64,000 bases of DNA from Rebecca billardiae RCC1528. Lineage: Eukaryota; Protista; Haptophyta. This document shows positions 1 through 14,702 of this stretch, in pieces. Made by a program: the position numbers and the translations under genes. The DNA is taken from assembly GCA_965240325.2 (NCBI GenBank), contig OZ251247.1, positions 1,114,869 through 1,178,868 on the forward strand, written 5' to 3'. Every line of letters starts with the position of its first letter. The first letter of the stretch is position 1. The notes beneath the pieces are model-generated. The model ran no database searches, was not told the DNA's origin, and saw only the letters and a program-made list of their open reading frames with translations.

Positions 1-883
1 CGCGGCGGGCTGCGGCAGCGGCGCGCGCGCGGCGGCCGACGCGTCCGGCGGCGGCGGCGGCGCGGCGGGCGGCGGCGCGTCGGCGGCGTGCGCGCGCGTT
101 CCCGCCTCCTCCTCCTCCTCCTCGTCGTCCGCCCCGGCCGTCGCGGGGACAAGCTTCAGCACCGCCTCCGCGAGCGCGTGGCACAGCGGGCAGCGCAGCG
201 GCGTGCCGGCACTGTCCCACCCCGCGGCCGCGCCGCGCCGCGCCGCGCGCGCGCACGGCGCGCACGCGCACAGGTGGCCGCACGGCGCAAAGACGCGGTC
301 GGGCGGCGCGGCGCGGCAGACAGAGCAGGCGCGCGCGCCGCCCGCGCCCAGCGCCGCCTCGGCCGCCGCCGCGCGCGCCTCCGCCGCGCCGCGCGCGGCA
401 CGCTCGTCTGCGCGCGCGCAGCGGAGGGCGCGCCCGGCCGTCAGAGGGCGCGCGCGCGCGCGCGCGCGCGCGCGGGTCGCCCAGATTGCAATCTCGGCGC
501 TCAGATTGCAATCTCGGCGCGCAGATTGCAATCTGGGCGCGCAGATTGCAATCTCGGCGCGCACTCTTGAGGATGAGCTGCAGCGCGCGCAGCCGGCCGT
601 CGAGCGCCGTGGCGTGCTGCGCGGCCTCCGCCGCGGCCCTCGCCGCCGCGACCGCCTCCGCCTCCGCGCCGCGCACGCGCGCGCGCTCCGCAGTCAGTAT
701 CTCTTGCGCCGCCGTCAGCCGGCGTGTGGCGGCCGCGAGCTGCGCCGCCGGCACCATCGCGGCGCCGCCGGCATGCGGATTCGCGCCGTCGGGGTCGGGG
801 TCGGCCGTACCCGCCGCGGGCGGAACCGCCGCCGGCGGCGCCGCCGCGGCCGTCACCGCCGCCGCGGCCGTCGGCTCGGCGCC

Positions 884-922
<39 letters not shown>

Positions 923-3900
923 AGCGGCGGCGGCGGCGGTGCTAGCTACCGGCGGCGGCGCCGCCGCCGCGGGGTCCGGCGGAAAGTCCGGTGCGGCAGA
1001 GTCCGGTGCGACGGGGTCCGGTGCGATGGAGTCCGGTGCGGTGCCGCCGCCGCCGCCGTCGGCGGCGGGCGCGGCGGCCTCAGCCGCGCCGCCGCCGTCG
1101 CCGCCACCGCCGCCATCGCCGTCGCCGCCGAGATTGCGATCTCGTGCGAGATTGCGATCTCGCGCGCCGCCGAGCGCAACCCAAGGGTCGGCGGGACTCG
1201 TCCGAGATTGCAATCTCGGCGGCGGCCGCGCCGCCGCCGCCGTCGCTGGCGCGGGCTGCGGCGGCGACGAGGGCGGCGGCGCAGGCGCGCCTCCGCCTCC
1301 GCGCCTGCCCACGCCGCCGCCGGCACCGGCGGCGGCGGCACGGCCGCGCCCGCCGCTGCCGCCGCTGCGCCGCGCGCCGCGCCCGCGCGCCGGGCGCGCC
1401 GCCGCGCCCGCGCCGCCGCCGCGCGCCGCGCCGCCGCCGGCCACGCCGCCGTCCGCGCTCGCCGCGGTCACCGAGATTGCAATCTCGGCCGCGGCGCCGT
1501 CGGCGGGGATCGGCGGCGCGCTCGCCGCCGCGCTCGCCGCCGCCTCCGTCTCCGCCAGCTGTGCCCAGGCCGCCGCGTCCACGGCGGCGCCGCGCGCGCG
1601 CAGCGCGCGCCGCGCCGCCGCCGCCGCCTCCGCCGCCTCCGCGCCGCCGCCGCCGCCGCCGGCGGCCACCACCGGCGGCGCGAGCAGCGCGCGCGCGTCG
1701 ATCAGGATATTAATCACCGCCGGCGTGCCGTGCGCCGCCGCAAACCCGAGCGGAAGCACGCCCTCGCGGCCCGGCGCGTTCACGTCCGCGCCCGCCTGCG
1801 CGCGCAGCGCACGCGCGCGCGCGCGCGGCGGCGGCGCGGCGGCGCGCGGTGGGCCGGGCGCGTGAGCGCTGGCCGCGCGCGCGAGATTGCAATCTCGCGC
1901 GGGGGCGCGCGCGCGAGATTGCACTCTCGCGCGGGCGTACGTTGAGCAGCAGGCCGACCATCTCCTCCGCCGCGCCGGCGTACGGCCAGCGGCACGCGAC
2001 GTGCAGCGGCGCGTCGCCCATGTCGTTACATGCCGTTACGTCCGCGGCCGCAATAAGTAACGCTTCGACAAGTCCGGGAGAGCCCTGCCGGCAGGACTCG
2101 TGCAGCGGGCGCTCGGCCGCGGCGTCGGCGAGGGACGGGTCGGCGCCGCGCGCGAGGAGGAGGAGGGCGCACGCCTGCCGCACGGTTAGGGGGTAGGGTT
2201 AGGGGGTAGGGTTAGGGGTAGGGTTAGGGGTAGGGTTGGCGCGCCCGCGGGCGGGCGCGGCGCCGGCCGCGCGGGGCGGCGGGCGTCCAGCGAGATTGCA
2301 ATCTCGCCCAGCTCGGCGAGATTGCAATCTCGGCCGCGTGCAGCGCGCGCACCTCCTCGTCCCAGCGGCACGCGGCGTGCAGCGCCGTGCGCCCGCGCCC
2401 GTCCCGCGCGTTCGGGTCCGCGCGCGCGTCGAGCAGCGCGGCGACGCACTCCGCGGCGGCGGCGCTCAGCGCAGCGTGCCGGGCGCGCGCGGCGCCCGCG
2501 CCGCCGCCGCCGCCGCCGCCGTTTCCGCCTCCGCCTCCACCGCTGCCGGCGGGGTCGGCGGGGTCGGCGGCGGGGTCCGCGCGCGCGCACTCGTCCGCGT
2601 CGTCCGCCGCACCGCCGTGCCGCGCGTCGCGCGAGCACGCGTGGTGCAGCGCCGTTCCGCCCACAGCCAGTCCCAGGCTCGTGCGCCGCGCGCCCGCGTC
2701 CGCGCCGCCGGCTAATAAAATTCGGACCGCCGCCGCGTCGGCCATGGCTGCCGCGAGGTGGAGCTCGGAGTGGCCGGCGGCGCGCGGGTCTGGGGCGTTG
2801 GGGTCGGCGTGGTGCTGGCGTGGGCGGGCGCGCGCGCGGCGGAGGGGACAGCGTGTGTGTGTGTGTGCGGAGGGTTAGGGTTAGGGTTAGCGCAGGGCCG
2901 AGATTGCAATCTCGCGCGGCGCCGGCGCGGGCCGCACCTGCAGCAGCAGCGCCATTCGGTCGGCGTGGCCGCGCGCAAAGTGTAACGGCCGCACGCCCGC
3001 GGCGTCGGCGCCCGCGGCGTCCGCGCCCGCCTGCGCGCGCGCGCGCGGGCCGGCGGCGGCGGTCGGCGCGCGGCGCGCGGCCGCGCGCACGCGGCGGCGG
3101 CGCGGCCGGCGCGCGCGGCCGGCGCGCATGCGCGCCGCGCGCGCGGCGCCGGCCGCGCGCATACCTCAAGCAGCGCGCGCAGGCACTCGGCGGCGTGCGG
3201 CGCGCCGGGCGGCGCCGTGCACGCGGCCAGCACCGCGCGCCGTGTCGGCCGCGCGCCGCTGCAAGCGCGGCGCGCGGGCGCGGGCGCGGCGGCGCGGCAC
3301 GGCGCGGCGCGCGCGTGAGTGCACACGCGCGCGCGCGCGCGGTCGCGGCGCGGCTTGGCGCGCGCCGCGCGCTCTGCCCGCGGGCGCGGGCTCCGCCAAG
3401 GGCGGTGCGGTCCGGGGGCAGGGTCCGGTGCAAGGGGTAGGGTTACGGGGGTAGGGTTGGCGGGGGCAGGGTCCGGTGCAAGGGGTAGGGTTACGGGGGT
3501 AGGGTTGGCGCGCGCACCTTCCGAGCAGAACCTCCGCGACCGCCGGCCGCGCGGCCGCGCACGCGAGCGCGAGTGCCTCTGCGCCGTCCTGCGAAAAAAA
3601 AAACACGTGCATGCATTTATTATGCATTTTCCAAAAAGCAGATGGGCAAATGCGGCGGGCGGGCGAGCGCGCGCGCGAGGCGGCGTGACGCGGCGGTGAG
3701 GGCGGTGCGGACGACGCCCGCGGCGCGGGGCGGGCGCGCGCGCGGCGGGTTAGGCTGCCGGCCACACCGCGCCCGGCCGACCGACGCAGCGCGCGCGCCG
3801 CGCGAGATTGCAATCTCGCGGCCGCAGCGGGGCTGGTCTCACCTCGCCCTTGACGTCCGCGCCGCCGGCGACGAGCGCGCGGACGGAGCCGACGCAGTCG

Positions 3901-4688
3901 CACGCCGCCGCCAGCTGCAGCGCAGTCCGGCCGGCCAGCGCCGCCGACGGCTCCGGCTGCGCGCCGCCCGCGGCCGAGATTGCAATCTCGCGCGGCGAGA
4001 TTGCAATCTCGGCTGGGCCCGAGCCCTCCGGGGCCGCACCCGCCGCCGCGGCGGCCGCCATCGCGCCGCACACCGCCAGCTCCGCCGCCGCGCGCGCCAT
4101 CTCGAACGCCAGGCCCAGCGCGTCCACCGCGCCGGCGGCGGCGCCAGCATGGCCGCCGCCGCCGCCGCCGCCGTCGGCCGCGCCGCCCGCCGCCGCGGCC
4201 GCGCCGTGCTGCGCGCCCGCGCCGCTCGCGCTGGCGGCGGCGGCGGCGGCGGCGGCGGCGCAGCCCGTGGCGAGGCCCCCACCACCGCCCCCGCCGCCGA
4301 GCCCGCCGCCGCCGCTCGCCGCGCTCGCCGCCGCGCCCGCGCGCGCGCCCACCGCGGCACCAAGCTGCAGAAGCTCCGCCACCGCCTCCGCCTCGCCAGC
4401 AATGGCCGCCGCGTGGAGGAGCGGGAGTCCGGTGCGCGGGTCCGGCTGGTCGAGCTCGAGGCCGCCGCGCTCGGCGAGCACGCGCACGCACTCCAGCTGC
4501 CCCGCCTCCACCGCCGCGAGCGCCGCCGCGCGCACGTCGGCGGCGAGCGGCGAGCCGCGCGCCGGCCCGCCGCGCCCGCCGCGCGCCGCCGCGTCGAGCA
4601 GATGGCGGAGGGACTGGAGGCGGCCGCGGCGGGAGGCGTCGACGAGCATCTCGGCGCGCTGCTTGCGCGGCATGTCGCGCAGCGCCAT
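1..4688 (-). CDS. Ankyrin-repeat + C-terminal RING-HC (C3HC4) E3 ubiquitin ligase, XBAT-like architecture; spliced; 3' end runs off the window
   Basis: Hand-spliced exons (minus): 4688-3843, 3588-3518, 3258-3165, 3030-2938, 2814-2353, 2174-1941, 1795-565, 407-<1, all GT-AG with consistent phases. Ankyrin motifs include GLPLLHAAAIAG, GRTALQLAA, GRTALHAAC, ERPLHESCRQG, GDAPLHVAC, GADVNAPG. The last exon reads CSVC..DRVFAPCGHLCACAPC..RCPLC, a RING-HC finger. Confidence 0.85.
2185..2237 (+). repeat. Intronic interstitial telomere-like tract (TTAGGG/TAGGGG variants)
   Basis: ggttagggggtagggttagggggtagggttaggggtagggtt... inside an ankyrin-gene intron; a shorter perfect tract lies at about 2872-2890. 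Confidence 0.85.
3414..3510 (+). repeat. Intronic tandem duplication (2 copies of ~49 bp) containing telomere-like ggggtagggtt units
   Basis: ggggcagggtccggtgcaaggggtagggttacgggggtagggttggcg occurs twice in tandem. Confidence 0.85.
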
Positions 4689-4990
4689 TTTGGTGTGCGC
4701 GCCCGGGCGGGCGGGCCGGCGCGCGCGCGCGCGCGCAGAGCGTGCGCGCGACTGACGGCGCGGGCGGCGCACTCGACGCCGCAAGCGCGCGCTTGCGCGA
4801 GCGCGCTGGGTGCGCTTTTGGCGCCGAGCGCCGCCATCGTGAAAGTCCGGGCGCGTGCCACCGGACCGACGCAGAGTGACGGGTGGCCGCTCGGCCGCAG
4901 CTTTTGGCGCCGCCCCGCGAGCAAGCGTCAGCGCGAAGTGGCGACGGCGCGTGCGCACAGCGGCAGCGCGGGCGCGAGCACGCAGGCGCG

Positions 4991-9017
<4,027 letters not shown>

Positions 9018-9622
9018 GCGAGGCAGCGCGTGCGAGCGAGGCAGCGCAGCGCGGGCACAGACCCGCCGCTCGCCGCGCCCCGCGCCGCGCAGCCAGCTGC
9101 GCGGGCACGCGCCGAGATGCAATCTCGGCGCTGAGATGCAATCTCGGCGACGCGTGACACACGGCCGCGCCGCGTCCACCCGGGCTCGACGCGGCGGCGA
9201 TCTCAGGCGCGTGGGCAGCCATGGCCGGCAGTCGCCGCTGCAGCACCGGCGGCGCCCGGCACCGGGGCGCGGGGTCGCCATCAAGCGACTTGACCGCGCT
9301 GACCGCCACCGTAATCGTTGATGCCGCGCTTGTTGTGGTCATCGGTGCCGGGCCCGGGGCCGCCAGTGCCGCAGCGCATTATACTCATCAGTCGTAGTAT
9401 ATATATTGGCTGAATCTGTAGTATGTGACTCACAGTGGCGCAGCCGTGGCGTGCCGCGCCACCAGACCGCGCGACGACGGCGGCGCGGAGTCGGTTTTGA
9501 GTGCTTCCAACGGCTGGGCTGGGCTCTGGGACATATTTGTAAAGTGACTCCGCAAGCGCCACGCTCGTCAGACACCTACTACATGGCATGGTAGTAGTTG
9601 TCGAAATCACAGCAATAATATA

Positions 9623-12600
9623 CACAGCGCAGGATTCCGGGAAAAGATGTCGTAAGCCCCCCCCGCCGCGCGCGGAAATTCAGTATGGCTGCCGACGACG
9701 CGGCGAGGGCGCGGCGACGCGCGCGCGCGATCCCGGACGACTCGAATGAATTTCCAAACCGGCGCTGGGCAGGCCCCAGCCATCGCTCGTCGCGTTTTGG
9801 CCGTGTTGCAACTGGCCCGCGGAGCAGCCGACGAGCAACGTTGTCAGGTGAGCGCTCGTGCACGCGACTCAGATGTGCCCACTGCATGCACTGGCCAAGA
9901 CTTGGGCGTGGATATGTGCGAGACGTACCAAGTGTCTCAGCCAGCCACCGTGTACCACGGACAGGCCTGGCTCAGGGCCCTGCCGAATTGATTTCAGCGT
10001 CGCGATGAGCTGCGCGGTGATCGCTGCTCGGCTCTGGCAGCCAGTTGGTTCCACGTCCTCGTCAACGCCGGCTCATCTGCGTGGTGGAGAGCTTCTTAAG
10101 GGCACGTTCGTGGTCAACGGATGCGCATGAGCCTGTAGGGCCCCTTCGTCCGTCTCGCCCCGCCGTTCAAGCGCTCTGGCCCTGTTCGCGCTCGTGCTTG
10201 CACTCGTCGGCAAAGGAGCCATTGCCAAGGTGATCGTGCACGTGTGCGCGCGCGCGATGCGGCGCACGAGGCTGACCCTCGCGATGATATTCTAGCTGCG
10301 GCCCTGCAATTAGGCCGAACTCTGAACTCACCGTCAATGCGTGCCGTCCATCGCGTGCTCCGCAGGTTCGCAATCACTCGCGGCAGCGGTGAATGCAGCA
10401 CTCAATCCGTGATTGCGGTAGCGTGGAGCATCTGCTCGTCTCGGCTGAGCTCCGCTCGGGACAGAGGGCGAACTCACGATGGACGAAGCTGGACACGTCC
10501 AGGTGAGCGTACGCAGGTAGCCACCGTTGCGTGCGACAGCCCCGACCAACCCGCTCCAGCCGCTGTCGGCCCGAGAAGAGCCCTGCCGCGGCGCAGACGA
10601 TACGCGCTGCGGCGGGCGCTCTGCCTTGCTCAGCTTGCGACTCGCCTGGCTCCTGCCTCACATGGCGGTGGGCGCGCCCAATACGCGCAGCAGGCGGGTC
10701 GGCGCAGGTGGCCTGTCGCCTCTGGCATCGCCCAAGCTGGCAGCCCTGCCACCGCCCCATCAGCCCGCCTTCGGCGCTGGCCGTCGGCGGCGGGCCACAC
10801 GCGCGGCAGTGGGCCACCGCTGGCCGCGCTCGCGCGAGCGCGCAGCAGGTGGCTCGTCAGCGTCGGCGGTCTGCCGCTGCAGCCCGCCTTCGAGCGGTCT
10901 GCCACGCCACCGCAGCACTGCGCGCCGTCGACGCTGGCGGCCAGCTTCTGCCCAACAGAGCTCAGGTCGGCACGCCGCCGTTGATGGCACTGGGTCTGGA
11001 GTGGTCGTCGTCGACGCGGGCGACGGTGGGCGCGGTGGAGGCTACGGCGCGATTGGCGGCGCCGCTGCCGAGCGAGGCGGGCGGGCTCGCGCTGGCGGCA
11101 GACTGTGACCGTGACTGCCGGATGGCGCGGCGGGCTCGGCGGCCGAGTCGGCGGCGCCGCCGCACGGCGATGGCAGCGGCGCGGTCCGCGCCTGCGCGCG
11201 GCCGTCGTCATTCATATCCGCGCAGTCGCGCACCGTCAGCGGCCGCGGGCCGCGCCGTGCTCGGTGCTGCGCGCGTGATTCGTCGTGTCTCGTGAACGTC
11301 GTCAGTCTCAGCAGTCGGACGACGTGCCAGCACGCTGACACAGACTATACCTGACTCTGACGACCTGACGGCTGATTTATGCCGCTGCCCGGCCGCCGCC
11401 GGCTGGCCCGCGTGGCTCGGCCGGCATCGTGGCCCCGGCCGGCGGGCCGCGTCGCCAGCGCGCCGCCCGCGGCCGCGGCCGTGCGGGGCCGGGAACCGTG
11501 GGCAGTGCGTGTGGCTGCGCCATTAGCGGCAGCGGGTCGTCATCTGCGGTGCCAGTGCGCGACTTATTAGCGGATGCGCTCATCAGCAGTGACGACCTGG
11601 GCGAGTCTTGAGTCTGATGATCGACGACGAGTCTGGTCGGGTGCTGACGACTATACTAATAATCCGCGGCGCGTCGACAGCTTCCCTCCGCGCCGAGCCC
11701 GGGAGTGCCTGAGTGATTACCGGCGGTGCCCGAGTCACTACTGAGCCGAGTCACACCTGGGTGCCGAAGTCGTAGGCGCGGCGAGCACGCAAGCATGCGA
11801 TGCGTCTTGTCCACCGCCCGGCCTGCGTGCGCCATCGCCGTCTTTGCGCGGCCGACTCGAGCTGTCTGCTGCGCGGTCGCACGACCAGCATGGCCGCCTC
11901 GCTGCTAGAGCCAGACCGGTGCAGCACCACGGCAAGTGTGCTCGCACAACACTCGCAACGATCGAGTGCGGCGATGGGCGAGCTGCGCCTTGGGTATGGC
12001 TGCGACGTTGAAGAGAGTGCCGTGCCCCATCACAGCCCTCGTGCCGAGGTACACGCGCCCGTGAATATGCGCGCTCTCGGTCATCGGCATCTCCGCGCGC
12101 TCGAGACAGCGGATGCGCTGGCCGAGACCGGATGGACGTGTGCAGCCAGGGCTCCGTCAGCTGCAAGTTGTCAACTGCGCGCACGACACGCGGGTTTCGG
12201 GCGAGAATTGTCCATAAGTCGGTGATGCTCTTGCCATGGCAGATGCGCCGCATGCCGTCCAGCGCATCGTCGCCGAGCCGAGGGGTCGCTGCGCGCGCCA
12301 CGACGGTCGAGCGACTGCCGCTGATCATCAGGTGTAGGCGCCCATGGCACGTGCGCGCGTCCACGCGGTGCAGCGAGTGCCCAAGGTGCGTCGAATGGCC
12401 CGATCGAGGCGGGGTGCACTCCTCTGGAGGGTACGTCACTGCTCAGCCGCAGAGCCGCGGGCAGCTCGTTCGTCTCCACCCCGTCCCACCGTCAGGTACT
12501 CGCTCGACTTGATCGTCGACTCGTCGCTCTGCAGCAGCGCAGCTGTGTTGCGCACGCGTCTGGAACCAGCACGCATGGTCTTGGTGCCGGTTGGCGTCGA

Positions 12601-13226
12601 TATACCAGAGCCCACATCACGTGATATGCGCCGCACCAGTCGTTGCCCGCCAGGCCCTCATCCGGCTTCGCCATGGCCTGCGCGACGGTCGGTCGGATCG
12701 CGGCGAGCGGTTGGGCGGGGGTGGGGTCACTCGACGTTTGTGTCGTGCTTCGTGCAGTTTTTGCGCTGTAGGGCGCGCGGACCACGGCAATCGCATGGCA
12801 GCCCTGACCCCAGCAACAACCACTTATTCACCGAACCCCGCCAGATACCAGCTTCTCGCGCCGCGCGTGTCGCAAGCCGCACACCAGCCATTTCTCGAGC
12901 GGTCGGTGCACGCGTGGGCACATTGGCCGATCGACGAGCCGGTGGCGAGCCTCTACCGCGGGGTAGTAGTGGGGAACACAACCGCACACATGCACATCAA
13001 CAGCGATCGATCGAACGCGCCGGCGCTGGTCGGCATCGCCGCCGTCTTCGCTCGCCCCAGGGTCGAGAAGCCCGTCGGGAGCGCACTTTCGCGCGACGCC
13101 GCCGTCGTCCGAACGCGCCTCGTCGCGAACGTTCGGGCGACCGGAGGCCATTTCGGGCTAGACCATTTTCGGCGATTTTCCCGGATATTACCTTACGACA
13201 CTGGAAAATCGGATCCCTGCGCTGTG
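9623..13226. mobile_element. Putative degenerate TIR DNA element (~3.6 kb), CAC...GTG termini flanked by TA
   Basis: Left end TA|CACAGCGCAGGATTCCG...TGTCGTAAG matches the reverse complement of right end CTTACGACA...CGGATCCCTGCGCTGTG|TA. The interior is lower in GC, with no intact recognisable ORF. Confidence 0.55.
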
Positions 13227-13232
13227 TAAATC

Positions 13233-14361
13233 CAAGGGCGGTAAGGGCTGTCAACTCCCAGTGGCGGCGGTGGCAGAGGTTGGTCGCCGCTTCGTCGCTG
13301 CGCGGCCTCGCTCCAGCGACTAACTCTCGTGGGCGCCCGCCCCGGGGGGCGAGTGGGGCGCGCACGGCGCGAGCTCCTGTGGCCGTGTACGCGCGCGCGG
13401 AGGCGGCGCGCGTGGCTGGGCAGGTGCTAAGGAGTGTATGTCGCCCTCCCACGCCGCGCGCCTTGCTCGCCGCCGCTTTCGCCGCGCCTCAGGCCAGCGC
13501 GCACGCGTTCGCCGCCTCCAGAGCCAGCCTCGGGCAATCGGCAGCCGCCCGCGCATGTGTGATGCGCGGTCTGGTCGGCGCGAGTCGGTCGGGGCCATCG
13601 GGCGAGGCTCGCATACTATAGACGCGCGCCATGCTGCCTCGCGCCGCCGCGCATGGGCCCGGTCCCATCCCGTGAAGCTGTTGAAGGAAGCTGATCGATG
13701 AATGCACGACAAGCAGAAATGAGCTCGAATACGTGACAGTGAGCGCACATGCGCGTGATAGGCGGCCGCATTGGGCGCGTGTACGGCGTCCTATGAGTGC
13801 ATTGCCCCGCTCTTCATCGCCTGCGCGCGTCTATTGTGCTCTCCAGCGTCTCCATGAGCGTCCAAACATGAGCATTTTCGCATTCGTGCTGCAGTTCGTG
13901 TCAGACCTAAGATGCTTGCGTGTCGACCCATGACAACCCACGCGCGGCGGCGCGAGGCAGCATGGCGCGCGTCTATAGTATGCGAGCCTCGCCCGATGGC
14001 CCCGACCGACTCGCGCCGACCAGACCGCGCATCACACATGCGCGGGCGGCTGCCGATTGCCCGAGGCTGGCTCTGGAGGCGGCGAACGCGTGCGCGCTGG
14101 CCTGAGGCGCGGCGAAAGCGGCGGCGAGCAAGGCGCGCGGCGTGGGAGGGCGACATACACTCCTTAGCACCTGCCCAGCCACGCGCGCCGCCTCCGCGCG
14201 CGCGTACACGGCCGCAGGAGCTCGCGCCGTGCGCGCCCCACTCGCCCCCCGGGGCGGGCGCCCACGAGAGTTAGTCGCTGGAGCGAGGCCGCGCAGCGAC
14301 GAAGCGGCGACCAACCTCTGCCACCGCCGCCACTGGGAGTTGACAGCCCTTACCGCCCTTG
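13233..14361. mobile_element. Non-autonomous long-TIR (foldback) DNA transposon, P-superfamily-like, 1129 bp
   Basis: Termini CAAGGGCGGTAAGGG...CCCTTACCGCCCTTG; near-perfect ~420-bp arms (13233-~13657 / ~13937-14361); 7-bp TSD GTAAATC at 13226-13232 and 14362-14368. Confidence 0.9.
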
Positions 14362-14702
14362 GTAAATCAATAATGGGCGGCTGCTGCTGTCATGGACCTC
14401 CTACATTCTGCATGTACACCGTGCCGGGGGAATCGTCGTCGTGGTCCGAGAGTGCGTCGTCCGACCGACGCTGTCATCACGTGCCTGACGCGCGCACTAA
14501 TAACCGAGCAGTATCTGACATGAACTAATGGCGGGCGGCCGCACGCATGCTGCCGCGCGGCGCCCGCATCACCGACAACTGCATGCACTGCCATTGCCCG
14601 AGCAGCGCCAGCGCAGCGCGGATGGGCCGGTGCTCGTCCCACGCCCTGCCGACGCATGCAGTCTCCCCACCCATCGCCTCTCGGCGGCACCGGAGCTGCA
14701 CA

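Noticed and set aside
88-4924. Long plus-strand Arg/Ala/Pro-rich ORFs (e.g. 203-1945, 486-1865, 3808-4755)
   Set aside because: They are antisense shadows of the minus-strand ankyrin-RING gene; stop codons are rare at this GC content.
13320-14314. Duplicated ORFs on opposite strands (e.g. 13438-13701 and 13791-14156)
   Set aside because: They are by-products of the inverted arms of a non-coding foldback element; no transposase motifs are present.
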